Source: a bacterium (GTDB lineage Bacteria; Zhuqueibacterota; Zhuqueibacteria; Zhuqueibacterales; Geothermadaptataceae). Taken from it: 64,000 bases of DNA. The notes beneath the pieces were generated by a model. The model saw only the letters and a list, made by a program, of their open reading frames with translations. It did not search any database and was not told the origin of the DNA. The stretch is taken from NCBI GenBank assembly GCA_024275575.1, contig JAJRYV010000056.1:35896-99895 (forward strand), read 5' to 3'. A program made the position numbers and the translations under genes. Positions within the stretch are counted from its first letter, which is position 1; every line of letters starts with the position of its first letter. This document shows positions 9,051-19,052 of the stretch, piece after piece.

Positions 9051-10766
9051 TCAAAGCTGTTGCCTGATCAATTTTTCGGCTGCCCGGGCTGAAACTGGTT
9101 TGGAAAAATAAAACCCCTGAACGATATCGCAGCCATGTTGCTTGAGAAACTCCAGTTGTTCCCGTCGCTCCACCCCCTCGGCAACTACTTGCAATTCCAT
9201 AATTTTTGCCAGTGCGATGATCGCTGTTGTGATCGAACAATCCTGGTTGTTTTCGGGGATACCATGAATGAATGAACGATCGATTTTCAACGTATCGATC
9301 GGCAGCCGGCGCAAATAACTCAGCGAGCTGTAACCCGTACCGAAATCATCGAGAGATAAGCGCACATCCATCTCCCGGAAACGTGATAAAATATTAATCG
9401 TATTGTCGATATTATCCATCGCATTGGATTCTGTGATTTCGAGCTCCAGATAGCGCGCCGGCAGTTGCGACTTTTGCAGAACATTTTGAATGAGATCATG
9501 CAGCGATTCATCTCGAAACTGGCGTGGTGAAAGGTTGACGGCAATGCACAAATCAGCAAACCCCTCCTCGTGCCAGTGTTGCATCCGGTTGCAAGCTGCC
9601 TGCAATACGTATTTGCCAATTTCGATGATCAATCCCGATTCTTCTGCAATCGGAATAAAAACCGATGGAGAAATTGCCCCCCTGCGCGGATGCCACCAAC
9701 GCAGTAATGCTTCAAAAGCGATAAGCCGGTTTTGTTGAATGTCAAACTGCGGTTGGTAATAAACTTCCAGCTCATCGTTCGTCAGGGCAAAGCGTAAATC
9801 CTGCTCCAGTTCGATTCGCTCAACAGCTTTTTTATCCAAACCGGAATTAAAGAACTGGAATGAGTTTGCAGCATTGAGTTTAGCCCGTTGATGCGCCAGT
9901 TCAGCATTGCGCACGAGAATTTCCGCGTCATCCGCATCCGCCGGAAAGACGCTGATGCCGAGACAGGCCGATACACTGTCTTTGTTGCCGCTGAGAATTA
10001 TCGGCTGGGCGACATTTGATAAAACTTTCTGCGCAATGCGGATAATATCCTTTTCATCAGAGATATCGTTGATGATGAAAGCAAATTCATCACTGCCCAT
10101 GCGGGCGACAGTATCGCTTTCGCGAATGCAGCATTGCAGGCGGCTGGCAACATTTTTCAATATCATATCTCCGGCGCGGTGCCCGATCGCATCATTGATG
10201 AGCTTGAAATTATTGATATCGAGATACATGATTGCCAACAGCGTACCACTGCGTTTGGCAGATGCCAGCGCCTGAAACAGACGGTCAAAAAAAAGCTGGC
10301 GATTGGGCAAATCCGTGAGCTGATCATAAAAGAGCAGGTGTTGCTGCTGGCTCGATTTCTTCTGCAATTTCCCGTTAAGTTGGTGGATCTCTTGCGCGTG
10401 TCGCAGGCTGCGCAGCAATGAATCGGCTGCGATTTGTTCTTTCAAAACGTAATCCTGCGCACCAAATTGCAGCGCAGTGAGCGCGATATTTTCTTCTTCC
10501 GTCGGGCTGATGACGACGATGGGAACGGCAGATTCCACGACCTGACTGATCGTCCGCAATTTCCCCATTCCCGAAGCTGAGTCGACATTGACGAGAATCG
10601 CCTCCGGTAACGATTCTTCAAGCTGCTGTAATAGTTTTTCAGTTTCATGCAAATGTACGATATTCACCGAAAGCCCGGGTTTAAGCGATTCCAAATCAGC
10701 AGCCATCTGTGCAGCCTGTTCTTGCTCCTCAGTAAACCAGATTATATTCAGCCTGTTTTTGATCAT
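9051..10766 (-). CDS. Atypical receiver - GGDEF (GSDEF variant) - EAL c-di-GMP turnover protein
   Basis: The N-terminal REC-like fold lacks the acidic DD pair (IIWFTEEQ). The GGDEF domain carries an RESD I-site followed by RMGSDEF. The EAL domain retains all canonical blocks: EALLRW, NLSP, ELEITE, DDFGTGYSSL, KIDRSF, EGVE, QGFYF. Confidence 0.85.
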   Translation of the reverse strand: MIKNRLNIIWFTEEQEQAAQMAADLESLKPGLSVNIVHLHETEKLLQQLEESLPEAILVNVDSASGMGKLRTISQVVESAVPIVVISPTEEENIALTALQFGAQDYVLKEQIAADSLLRSLRHAQEIHQLNGKLQKKSSQQQHLLFYDQLTDLPNRQLFFDRLFQALASAKRSGTLLAIMYLDINNFKLINDAIGHRAGDMILKNVASRLQCCIRESDTVARMGSDEFAFIINDISDEKDIIRIAQKVLSNVAQPIILSGNKDSVSACLGISVFPADADDAEILVRNAELAHQRAKLNAANSFQFFNSGLDKKAVERIELEQDLRFALTNDELEVYYQPQFDIQQNRLIAFEALLRWWHPRRGAISPSVFIPIAEESGLIIEIGKYVLQAACNRMQHWHEEGFADLCIAVNLSPRQFRDESLHDLIQNVLQKSQLPARYLELEITESNAMDNIDNTINILSRFREMDVRLSLDDFGTGYSSLSYLRRLPIDTLKIDRSFIHGIPENNQDCSITTAIIALAKIMELQVVAEGVERREQLEFLKQHGCDIVQGFYFSKPVSARAAEKLIRQQL

Positions 10767-11129
10767 CCACTACTACCGTTCATTTTTCGTATTTTCTGCG
10801 GATCGATTTTTCAATTATTGAGTCATTCTCCCGACTCTGATTTGCATTTACCGGGAAATTCAGCAGTCGCTGCTCAATTTACATGCACGCGTTACTTTTG
10901 TTTTTGCCTGTTTTCGAACCTAACAATAAAGTCGTCTGATTGAGCCTTTTGCTAAAGCTCGGTGGCCGATAAAAATAGACCATTGCCTGCAAGGCCGGTG
11001 CAGAGCGAGCAAAGCAGAGAAAAATTTCTTGCGATCCAGGTTAAAATTAAATACTCTTGCACTTGTATAATTTTACAACCCGTCAGCTTGTTTGATGGTA
11101 ACAATTCTTCTTTTCAAATTGGCAATCAC

Positions 11130-11903
11130 ATGATTTCAGCTCAAAACCTCGAAAAATTCTTCGGCGATAAACAGGCGCTGAAAAAAATCACTTTTTCAGT
11201 GCAACCGGGTGAAATTCTCGGTTTCCTCGGCCCCAACGGCGCTGGGAAAACCACCACGGTGAAAATCCTCACCGGGCTCATTCCAGCCACCTCCGGCAGT
11301 GCGGAAATTGCTGGTCTGTCGATCGACCGCGAACCCGTTGCCGTGAAAAAAAAATTTGGCTACATTCCAGAAAGCGGTGCCCTTTTTGAATCTTTGACCG
11401 CCTGGGAATACCTCGAACTGATCGCCGATTTACATCATCTGCCACGGGCGACATTCCAGCAACGTGTGCAGGATCTCCTCGGGCTTTTCAATATGCAAGA
11501 GGATTGCCATTCCCGCTTGTCCGGTTTTTCCAAAGGTATGAAACAGAAAATTCTCATCATCGCCGCCCTGTTGCACAACCCCGAAGTACTCTTTTTCGAT
11601 GAGCCGCTTAACGGCGTCGATGCAAACACGGCTCTGGTTTTTAAAACCCTGCTGAAACAACTCCGCGAGCAGGGCAAAACCATTCTCTTCTGCTCCCATA
11701 TTCTCGAAGTCGTCGAACGCCTGTGTACGCGCATCATCATCATCAACGACGGACAGATCATTGCGCAAGGGACCCCGAAATCCATTGCCGAACAAACCGG
11801 TCGCCAAACACTGGAGCTTGCATTCAACGCGCTCACCGGCGGCTCCGACGCCGAGCAAAAAACGGTAGATTTCCTTTCTGCGTTGCGGGAGGCGCCGGAA
11901 TGA
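11130..11903 (+). CDS. ABC transporter ATP-binding protein
   Basis: Walker A GPNGAGKTT, signature LSGFSKGMKQK, Walker B LFFDEP, H-loop CSHIL. The ATG at 11130 (MISAQNLEKFFG) is preferred; the upstream part of the listed ORF (10962-) has no ABC similarity. Confidence 0.9.
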   Translation: MISAQNLEKFFGDKQALKKITFSVQPGEILGFLGPNGAGKTTTVKILTGLIPATSGSAEIAGLSIDREPVAVKKKFGYIPESGALFESLTAWEYLELIADLHHLPRATFQQRVQDLLGLFNMQEDCHSRLSGFSKGMKQKILIIAALLHNPEVLFFDEPLNGVDANTALVFKTLLKQLREQGKTILFCSHILEVVERLCTRIIIINDGQIIAQGTPKSIAEQTGRQTLELAFNALTGGSDAEQKTVDFLSALREAPE

Positions 11904-13552
11904 AACGGCTGCTGGAAAAATTTGCCATCGACAGGCGGCAATTCAAAGCGCTGCTGCGGCTCGCTTGGCGGCTCGATATGCGCAGCAGCAAGCTGGGTTT
12001 CGGGCTCTCGCGCAAAGGTAAAAAGCCCCTGTTCATATTTCTCTTTGCCATTGCTTTTTATTTCTTTTTCGGTTTCGTTTTTGCTGTAACATGCTATAAA
12101 ATTCAGGACACATTCCTCGCCGCAACCCTCATTACCGGCATCATCATGCTGATGATGTCGGCAATCATGCTCATCGAATACAATGCCATCATCATCGCAC
12201 CCGATGATTATAGCGTGCTCGGATATATGCCCGTCAGCTCGCGAACCTACTTTTTAAGCAAACTGCTCAATTTATTATTTTACACGCTGACTTTCACACT
12301 GATTCTGGGCGGCCCCACCGCGCTGGTTCTATCGATGCGCCACGGTTTTTCCATCTTTAAACTCTTCACCGCCTTTGCCGCAATTCTCGGGGCCGGGCTT
12401 TTCGTAACCCTGCTCATCGCCAGTTTGTATTCCCTGTTACTGAAACTGATCTCACCGGCACGCATGAAACGCCTGCTCTCCTATCTGCAATTTGCGCTGG
12501 CGCTATTTATTTACCTTGGTTACATCGTCATACCGCAGCTGCTGGCGCAATACACCGCGGGTTTACAGATTGAGCAGACCGGCTGGTGGCTTTTTTCTCC
12601 AACCTCATGGTTTTCAGCTTTTGTGCTTCTCGGGCAGGGACGTTTTGGTCTATTTGAGCTCAGCGGCGCGTTTTTGGCGACCGCTTCACTTGGTTTTCTG
12701 TTTTATTTTGCCGCGGCCAGGCTCTCACTCAGTTACGCTCAGAAACTGGCGTCATTTGAAACAACAAGCGAGTCGACGAAGGAAAAATCACCGGCATCTG
12801 CAGTGCAAAAAAACGGCTTTCTTTTTACTCATACCCCGGCCGAAATACGCGTTGTTGCCAAACTGTTGCGTGGACAGTTCCGCCACGATTTGCGTTTTCG
12901 TTTTTCGGTCCTCGGCATGCTGCCGATCTTGATCGTCTATTTTTACCTCGGTCTGCAGCAAGGCACATTTTCCGATCCATTCGTTACCAGCTCCGCAAAT
13001 CTGCAAGATTTCGGTATTTTCTTTTTTGCTATTTTGATGATGCCCATGATTATGAAAAAAAATATTGAAACCAGCTCAGCCTTCGCCGCAAGCTGGATTT
13101 TCTACACAGCACCAACCGAGCCGGCCAAACTGGTTCTCGCTGCGCGCAATCTCTTGTTTGCCCTGTTTTCATTGCCCGGCCTGATGCTGATTTTTCTCAT
13201 ATTTTTCTTTTATTTTGCAAATCTGATGCATGCCTTTTTACACACACTGACCCTTTTTCTGCTTAGCTTTCTCATTTTGCAACTCATTTATTTTATCAAT
13301 CCCAAATTACCTTTTTCAGAGCCTAAAACCCGAAGCGCTCAATCCAAAAGCAATATGATTATCTTTCTATTTCTACCTGCCGGCGGTTTGCTGTTACTGC
13401 ATTTGGTCACAACAAACTTCTATTTCCGACAAAGCCGGTTGATGCTGTTTTATATCGCAATCCTGGCAGCGATATTCCTGATTGAAAAATTGACCCGGCT
13501 GCGAATCAGGCAGCGTCTACAGCGTCTGAATTTTGAACTTGCACGGGAATAA
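11900..13552 (+). CDS. Polytopic membrane protein, putative ABC-exporter permease partner
   Basis: ATGA start/stop overlap with the ATPase gene. About 550 aa with roughly 12 hydrophobic spans. The listed ORF start (11723) lies inside the ATPase gene in another frame. Confidence 0.6.
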   Translation: MKRLLEKFAIDRRQFKALLRLAWRLDMRSSKLGFGLSRKGKKPLFIFLFAIAFYFFFGFVFAVTCYKIQDTFLAATLITGIIMLMMSAIMLIEYNAIIIAPDDYSVLGYMPVSSRTYFLSKLLNLLFYTLTFTLILGGPTALVLSMRHGFSIFKLFTAFAAILGAGLFVTLLIASLYSLLLKLISPARMKRLLSYLQFALALFIYLGYIVIPQLLAQYTAGLQIEQTGWWLFSPTSWFSAFVLLGQGRFGLFELSGAFLATASLGFLFYFAAARLSLSYAQKLASFETTSESTKEKSPASAVQKNGFLFTHTPAEIRVVAKLLRGQFRHDLRFRFSVLGMLPILIVYFYLGLQQGTFSDPFVTSSANLQDFGIFFFAILMMPMIMKKNIETSSAFAASWIFYTAPTEPAKLVLAARNLLFALFSLPGLMLIFLIFFFYFANLMHAFLHTLTLFLLSFLILQLIYFINPKLPFSEPKTRSAQSKSNMIIFLFLPAGGLLLLHLVTTNFYFRQSRLMLFYIAILAAIFLIEKLTRLRIRQRLQRLNFELARE

Positions 13553-13849
13553 ATTATGGGAAATAACAGAGAGTGATTTATTGTTCTGATCATCACAATC
13601 GGAAAAATCCAAACGCTGCAATGCACCAGTTTTGAGATTTAAACAAGCAGTGGATTTAAGTGAAATTACGGGGAGATTTCTGCAGCCAACCATTGGCTTC
13701 CTCGCTGCAAAGTGCGTTCGAAATAACCCGGGCAAATGGGTTTAAAGATAACCCAAAGAGCTCAAATTAAATAAATGATAAACCATGGATCAATTCCATT
13801 TCTCCGGCAAATGATGCCGCGAAGTTAGAATTTCACAAGAAAGAAAATT

Positions 13850-14974
13850 ATGAAAATTGGTATCTCCTGTTACCCGACTCATGGCGGCTCCGGCGTCGTC
13901 GCTTCCGAACTGGCCCTGCAATTGGCGAACAATGGCAATGAAGTCCACATTTTAAGCTACGCCACCCCGTTCCGACTGACGGAATACCACCCCAACATTC
14001 TGCTGCACGATATCGAAGTCGGCGTTTATCCCCTGTTCAAATATCCGCCCTATGCCCTCGGTCTGGCGACGAAAATGGCCGAAGTTGCCCAGGATTATAA
14101 CCTCGATATTCTGCACGCCCATTATGCAGTGCCCCATGCGACCAGCGCCTATCTGGCAAAACAGATTATCGGCGGAGATAAAATTAAAATTATTACAACG
14201 TTACATGGCACCGACATCACCCTGACCGGCGCCGACCCCAGCTTTAAAAGAGTGGTGAAATTCAGCATCGAGCAATCGGACGGTGTCAGCGCAGTATCAC
14301 ACTATCTGCGAGATCGAACCTGTGAGGAGTTTGAAATCCCAAAAGATAAAATTGAGGTCATTCACAACTTCATCGATGCCAACCGCGGCATGCGGCGCAA
14401 CACTGCTTGCCGCCGCAATCAGTACGCACCCAATGGTGAGAAAATTCTCATGCACGCCTCAAACTTTCGCCCGGTAAAGAGAACGACCGATGTGGTGCGC
14501 ATTTTTCAGCGTGTTCACGAGCAGATCCCGGCAAAACTATTACTCGTCGGTGAGGGGCCTGACCGCATTCTCGTTCAGCAGGTCATTCGTGATCTTAATT
14601 TACAAAACGATGTCATTTTTCTCGGACAGGTCGATTTTATCGATGATTTGCTCAAATGTGCGGATATATTTCTCCTGCCCTCAGAACAGGAAAGCTTTGG
14701 CCTGGCAGCGCTGGAAGCGATGAACTGCGCTATCCCGGTCATCGGCGCCACGACCGGTGGCATGGCCGAAGTGGTCGTTGATGGTGAGACCGGCTTTTTA
14801 TTTCCGGTAGGTGAAATTTCCGCTATGGCAAAAGCGGCCGTCGAACTGTTGCATGACAGCGAAAAACATATAAAATTTAAGGAAAACGCCCGCAAACGCG
14901 CCGTCCATACATTTGCCACCGACGTCATCATGCCGCAATGGGACCAGTTTTACGCGCGTGTGCTCAATGGTTAA
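13850..14974 (+). CDS. bshA: N-acetyl-alpha-D-glucosaminyl L-malate synthase (bacillithiol biosynthesis glycosyltransferase, GT4)
   Basis: [87 protein letters not shown]. Collinear with BshA as I recall the B. subtilis sequence. Confidence 0.8.
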   Translation: MKIGISCYPTHGGSGVVASELALQLANNGNEVHILSYATPFRLTEYHPNILLHDIEVGVYPLFKYPPYALGLATKMAEVAQDYNLDILHAHYAVPHATSAYLAKQIIGGDKIKIITTLHGTDITLTGADPSFKRVVKFSIEQSDGVSAVSHYLRDRTCEEFEIPKDKIEVIHNFIDANRGMRRNTACRRNQYAPNGEKILMHASNFRPVKRTTDVVRIFQRVHEQIPAKLLLVGEGPDRILVQQVIRDLNLQNDVIFLGQVDFIDDLLKCADIFLLPSEQESFGLAALEAMNCAIPVIGATTGGMAEVVVDGETGFLFPVGEISAMAKAAVELLHDSEKHIKFKENARKRAVHTFATDVIMPQWDQFYARVLNG

Positions 14975-16538
14975 CTTTTCAGCAAAATACGGCCTCGCCC
15001 TGACGCTGCTGCTCAATCTTCCGGGGGGGCAAGATGTTCGCAGCGCTGAACTTTTTAGTGAATATTTCCTTTCCTGTGCCGGCAAAATAGAACGCGTTCA
15101 CACACAAGACCTCAACGCCGACCACCGCGCCGATATCATTCTGTTCTACCACGATAAGAATTCATCGCAACGAAAGTTCGCCCTGTTTTTTCAGCGGAAT
15201 GACGGATTTCCCGAACAAGCTGACCAGGTTTTCACCCTGCCGGAAGATGCTTCCATCATCGATTTCGGAGATATTGCAAGAACCGCGGGACAAGAACTTG
15301 TTTATTTCACGCCGAACGCCCTGTTTTTTCACACACTTGATGATTCCGGTTATCAAAATCAGCGATCGGTTTTTCAAAAAATCCGCTCAATTTTTCTTTA
15401 TCCTGATAAAAGAAAAATTCGCCTCTGGGATTTTGTCACCGATTTCAACGGAGATACACGTGATGAGGTTTTCGTGCCGCAGTTTACCGGCTCAACGATT
15501 TTCATCATGCAAAAACAGTCCGATGAATGGCGCAGAAACGACCTCGACTTGCGGCCGCTTTCCCGTCCATTTTCGCATTTTGATCCCCGTTTTTCGGTGG
15601 GCACAAAAGCCGGTTCAGTCATTACTCTTCCCTATTTGCTTTTGCATGATTTTGATGCGGACGGCCGTAACGATCTCATCACGATTGAAAAAAAACGTCT
15701 TACCGTACATCGATTGCTGCCCGATGGATCATTTTCAAAAACCGCAGTGGAAACCATTCCGCTCAACCACGGCGACATTTGGCCGGGCGCCAAAATCATG
15801 CGCACCCATCTCGATGACGAAGGTGAACGGCAATTTTTAATGCGCCTCACCGATATCGATGGTGACGGATTGCTGGATATCGTCTCCGCATTCATTTCGA
15901 CGAAAAATAGCCTGATCAATCCCGAGACCAGCACGAGAATTTATTGTGGCAAAAAGACGGCTGACGGGCGATTTTATTTCGAAAAAAATCCCGACTACTA
16001 CATCGAACCTGACGGTACGCAAATGGTCATCGATATTTTTGATTTCAACCACGATGGCCGTATGGATTTTCTCATCCCGACGATCAAAATCGGTGTGACC
16101 AGCATTATTAAAATGCTTTTGACACGCTCGGTGAACTTTGAAGCTCAGCTTTTTTTGATGCACGGCGAACGCGGCTACAGCGCGAAAGCACAGCAGAAAA
16201 TCGAAATGAACGTGAAATTTTCCTTTCGCGGCGGCGCCGCTTCGCCAATTTATGAAGTCGCCGATCTCACCGGCGATGGCTTGCTCGATATTCTAACCAG
16301 TGCTGATGAAGAAAAGCTGCTGCTATACCACGGTGGTCAGTCCAGAATATTCAAAAAAACAGCTAGAGATTCCTACCGGATCATATTGCCGCAGGATGGC
16401 ACGCTGGTTAAAACGGTAGAGCTCAATGAGGATAGTCGAGCCGATGTCATCATTCGGTATGAGGAAGAAAAACTCCGCTGGATGGGAAAATCAAATGGTA
16501 TCATCGTCCTGCTCAATAATTATGGCGGCAGAAAATAA
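14967..16538 (+). CDS. FG-GAP/VCBS-repeat (integrin-alpha-like beta-propeller) protein
   Basis: Repeated Ca-binding-like D-x-D/N-x-D-G motifs: DFNGDTRDEVFV, DFDADGRNDLITI, DIDGDGLLDIVSA, DFNHDGRMDFLIP, DLTGDGLLDILTS. The ATG at 14967 overlaps the bshA stop by 8 nt. Confidence 0.7.
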   Translation: MVNFSAKYGLALTLLLNLPGGQDVRSAELFSEYFLSCAGKIERVHTQDLNADHRADIILFYHDKNSSQRKFALFFQRNDGFPEQADQVFTLPEDASIIDFGDIARTAGQELVYFTPNALFFHTLDDSGYQNQRSVFQKIRSIFLYPDKRKIRLWDFVTDFNGDTRDEVFVPQFTGSTIFIMQKQSDEWRRNDLDLRPLSRPFSHFDPRFSVGTKAGSVITLPYLLLHDFDADGRNDLITIEKKRLTVHRLLPDGSFSKTAVETIPLNHGDIWPGAKIMRTHLDDEGERQFLMRLTDIDGDGLLDIVSAFISTKNSLINPETSTRIYCGKKTADGRFYFEKNPDYYIEPDGTQMVIDIFDFNHDGRMDFLIPTIKIGVTSIIKMLLTRSVNFEAQLFLMHGERGYSAKAQQKIEMNVKFSFRGGAASPIYEVADLTGDGLLDILTSADEEKLLLYHGGQSRIFKKTARDSYRIILPQDGTLVKTVELNEDSRADVIIRYEEEKLRWMGKSNGIIVLLNNYGGRK

Positions 16539-16892
16539 TAAAAAAACGCGTCAACCCTGGATGATGTACAGATCATCACTTGAATGAACACAAATGGATA
16601 TATATGAATTGAAAACAATGGATAAATGGATCAGGTTATTGTGGTGCATAAAAGGCACGCAGAAACTTTAACTTCATCATAGCTGTTCAGCGCATCAGGT
16701 GGATGCTGAGCTTGCCGAGGCGGGATATCTTCTCACTTGTTCGAAACGTAATGAACTCAGGACATTGCTTCGGCAAGCTCAGGGAACGCTTCTCGCACGC
16801 TGAATGAGTTACAATAATTCACAGATAATTTCAAACAAAACAGGCTATTCCGGGATTTCCCACAGCACAGGATTGTTAACCGGGTAAAATTC

Positions 16893-19052
16893 ATGCATAA
16901 AACGCCAATTTCAGTTTTTACCGCAATTTGTTCATTGCTCATTCTGGTTTCCGGCCTTTACGGGCAGGAAAAAGAAATCAGGATCGGCCTGGCCCTCAGC
17001 GGTGGTGGCGCCAAAGGTCTGGCGCATATCGGTGTGCTCAAAGTGTTGGATGAGGCCGGTATTCCGGTTCATCTAATTTCCGGAACCAGTATGGGCGCCA
17101 TCGTCGGCGCGTTTTATTCTCTCGGCTATTCACCGGCAGAGATCGAAACGCTGGTCACGTTAATGGATTGGCAACAGGTATTGACGGATCAAATTCGCCG
17201 TCGTTCATTGCCGATGGTGGAAAAATATAAATACGATCGCTACCTCGGTTCTCTCGAATTGCAAAAGGGCATGATCAGCCTGCCTACGGGGATTATCAAA
17301 GGGCAGAACGTCGCCATGTTGCTGGCAAAAATGACCTGGCGGGCCAATGGCCTCAGCGATTTCAGCAAACTGCCGATTCCATTCGTTGCGGTGGCGACCG
17401 ATATCGCTTCCGGCAAAGCAATAGCGCTGAAATCAGGCAATCTCGCCACTGTCCTGCGGGCGACAATGGCCATCCCCAGTCTTTTGACGCCGCAGGTTTT
17501 GCAGGGTAAGTTGCTCGTCGATGGAGGCATTACACGCAATTTACCAGCACAGGACGTGAAAGCGCTTGGCGCTGATTATATCATCGGTGTCGATGTGGGA
17601 ACGGCTTTGCGTTCGGTGGAGGAGCTCAATACTTTTATCGATATTATGGATCAGTCCATCCGCCTGGGTTCCTATTTACAAACTATTGAACAACGGCAGA
17701 TTTGTGATTTAGTCATAGCGCCGGATATGAGTGGTCTGACATTTTCCGATTTTAGTTCCAGCCGTGAATTTATCCGTCGCGGCGTGCTGGCTGCACGAAA
17801 AATGCTGCCGCAAATCACAATCTATGTGGAAAACCACAAAATAGCAGCTACAGTGAATGCGGAAACCCGCCGCCGGCAATTGAGTAAAAAAACCGTCTTC
17901 ATCGATAGTGTTAAAATTTCAGGGGCGATTCAACGACCGCTGCAAGTCGTAAAGGATGAGCTCGATTTGTCTGTTCCCGGTGATATTACCGCTGCAACAA
18001 TGAGCGCTGCGATGAACCGGGTGTACAGCAGCCAGGCATACCACAAAGTTTCATATCGAATCAAAGAGCAGGGTGAAAGGCATATCGCCTATATCGAGTT
18101 ACAGGAAAAAGACGCCCAGGTTTTGCGCTATGGGTTTCACTACAATTCGCGTGATGCCGCGAAATTTTTACTCAATACGACGATTCGCAACCTGCCCGGC
18201 GCCAATTCCGTTTTTTCGGTCGATTTGCAACTGGCAAACCGTACGCAAATCGATGCAGAGTATTATTATACACCGGAGGTGGCGCGGCATCTCGGCTTTC
18301 GCCTGCGCGCCTATCATCATTCGACCATTTATGATATTTATAAAAATGACAACCGGGTCGCCCAATTCGGTAGCCAGATTCAGGGCCTCGATTTGTTCAT
18401 TGGTTCGATTTATTCTACCCGGCTAATGTCGGGATTTGCCTATAATCTGGAATTTGTCGCTGTCGAACGGGAGATCGGTGCACCGGTGCGCCGCGATTCT
18501 TTTTCCCGCATTGCACGGCTGAGTTATTTGCTGCAATTCGATACGCTGGACAAAACCGACTTCCCCCGGCAAGGGATGCTTTTTACTGCAAATACTGAAT
18601 TCGCGCTAAATGAAATCGGCAGCGAAGAGAAATTCTGGCGCAGCAGCGCAGACCTGCAAACTTATATGCCTCTTTCAAAAAAGCTGAGTCTGTTAATGCA
18701 TTTGCAGGCCGGCTTCACCACCAGCAACTCCCTGCCTTTGCCGCAGCAGTTTTACCTCGGCGGCAATGGATCCTTCAGTGGTTTCAAAACACATGAGTTG
18801 GCTGGCACCAATTTGCAGGCATTTTCACTCGGATTGCGCTGGCAGGTTTTACGTGATAAATTTATCACCGCGCGTTTTGATATCGGCAATACATTTCCGA
18901 CATGGGAATTATCCCGGGACTTCGGTTTTTATGAACAGGGATTTGGACTGGGAATCGGCGCGGCAACACCATTCGGCCCCCTGGAAATTACATTCGAAAC
19001 CAGCAAACGGCATGCAATTCTTACGCATATTAATATCGGCTATTTGTTTTGA
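16893..19052 (+). CDS. Patatin-like phospholipase fused to an Omp85/bacterial-surface-antigen beta-barrel (PlpD-like, type Vd autotransporter architecture)
   Basis: Signal peptide, then GLALSGGGAKGLAHIGV (oxyanion hole), GTSMG (GxSxG) and LVDGGITRN (Asp of the dyad). A POTRA-like middle region follows, then an aromatic-rich C-terminal barrel ending in ...INIGYLF. Confidence 0.8.
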   Translation: MHKTPISVFTAICSLLILVSGLYGQEKEIRIGLALSGGGAKGLAHIGVLKVLDEAGIPVHLISGTSMGAIVGAFYSLGYSPAEIETLVTLMDWQQVLTDQIRRRSLPMVEKYKYDRYLGSLELQKGMISLPTGIIKGQNVAMLLAKMTWRANGLSDFSKLPIPFVAVATDIASGKAIALKSGNLATVLRATMAIPSLLTPQVLQGKLLVDGGITRNLPAQDVKALGADYIIGVDVGTALRSVEELNTFIDIMDQSIRLGSYLQTIEQRQICDLVIAPDMSGLTFSDFSSSREFIRRGVLAARKMLPQITIYVENHKIAATVNAETRRRQLSKKTVFIDSVKISGAIQRPLQVVKDELDLSVPGDITAATMSAAMNRVYSSQAYHKVSYRIKEQGERHIAYIELQEKDAQVLRYGFHYNSRDAAKFLLNTTIRNLPGANSVFSVDLQLANRTQIDAEYYYTPEVARHLGFRLRAYHHSTIYDIYKNDNRVAQFGSQIQGLDLFIGSIYSTRLMSGFAYNLEFVAVEREIGAPVRRDSFSRIARLSYLLQFDTLDKTDFPRQGMLFTANTEFALNEIGSEEKFWRSSADLQTYMPLSKKLSLLMHLQAGFTTSNSLPLPQQFYLGGNGSFSGFKTHELAGTNLQAFSLGLRWQVLRDKFITARFDIGNTFPTWELSRDFGFYEQGFGLGIGAATPFGPLEITFETSKRHAILTHINIGYLF

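Noticed and set aside
10962-11129. N-terminal extensions of listed ORFs (10962-11129 for the ABC ATPase; likewise 11723-11899, 14913-14966, 57718-57918, 53444-53524, 48927-48971)
   Set aside because: The extensions have no family similarity, overlap upstream genes or spacers, and internal ATGs give canonical N-termini, often with RBSs or ATGA coupling.
15199-15840. 213-aa alternative-frame ORF within the FG-GAP gene
   Set aside because: It lies on the same strand in a different frame and shows no domain signal, whereas the annotated frame carries the repeated DxDxDG motifs.
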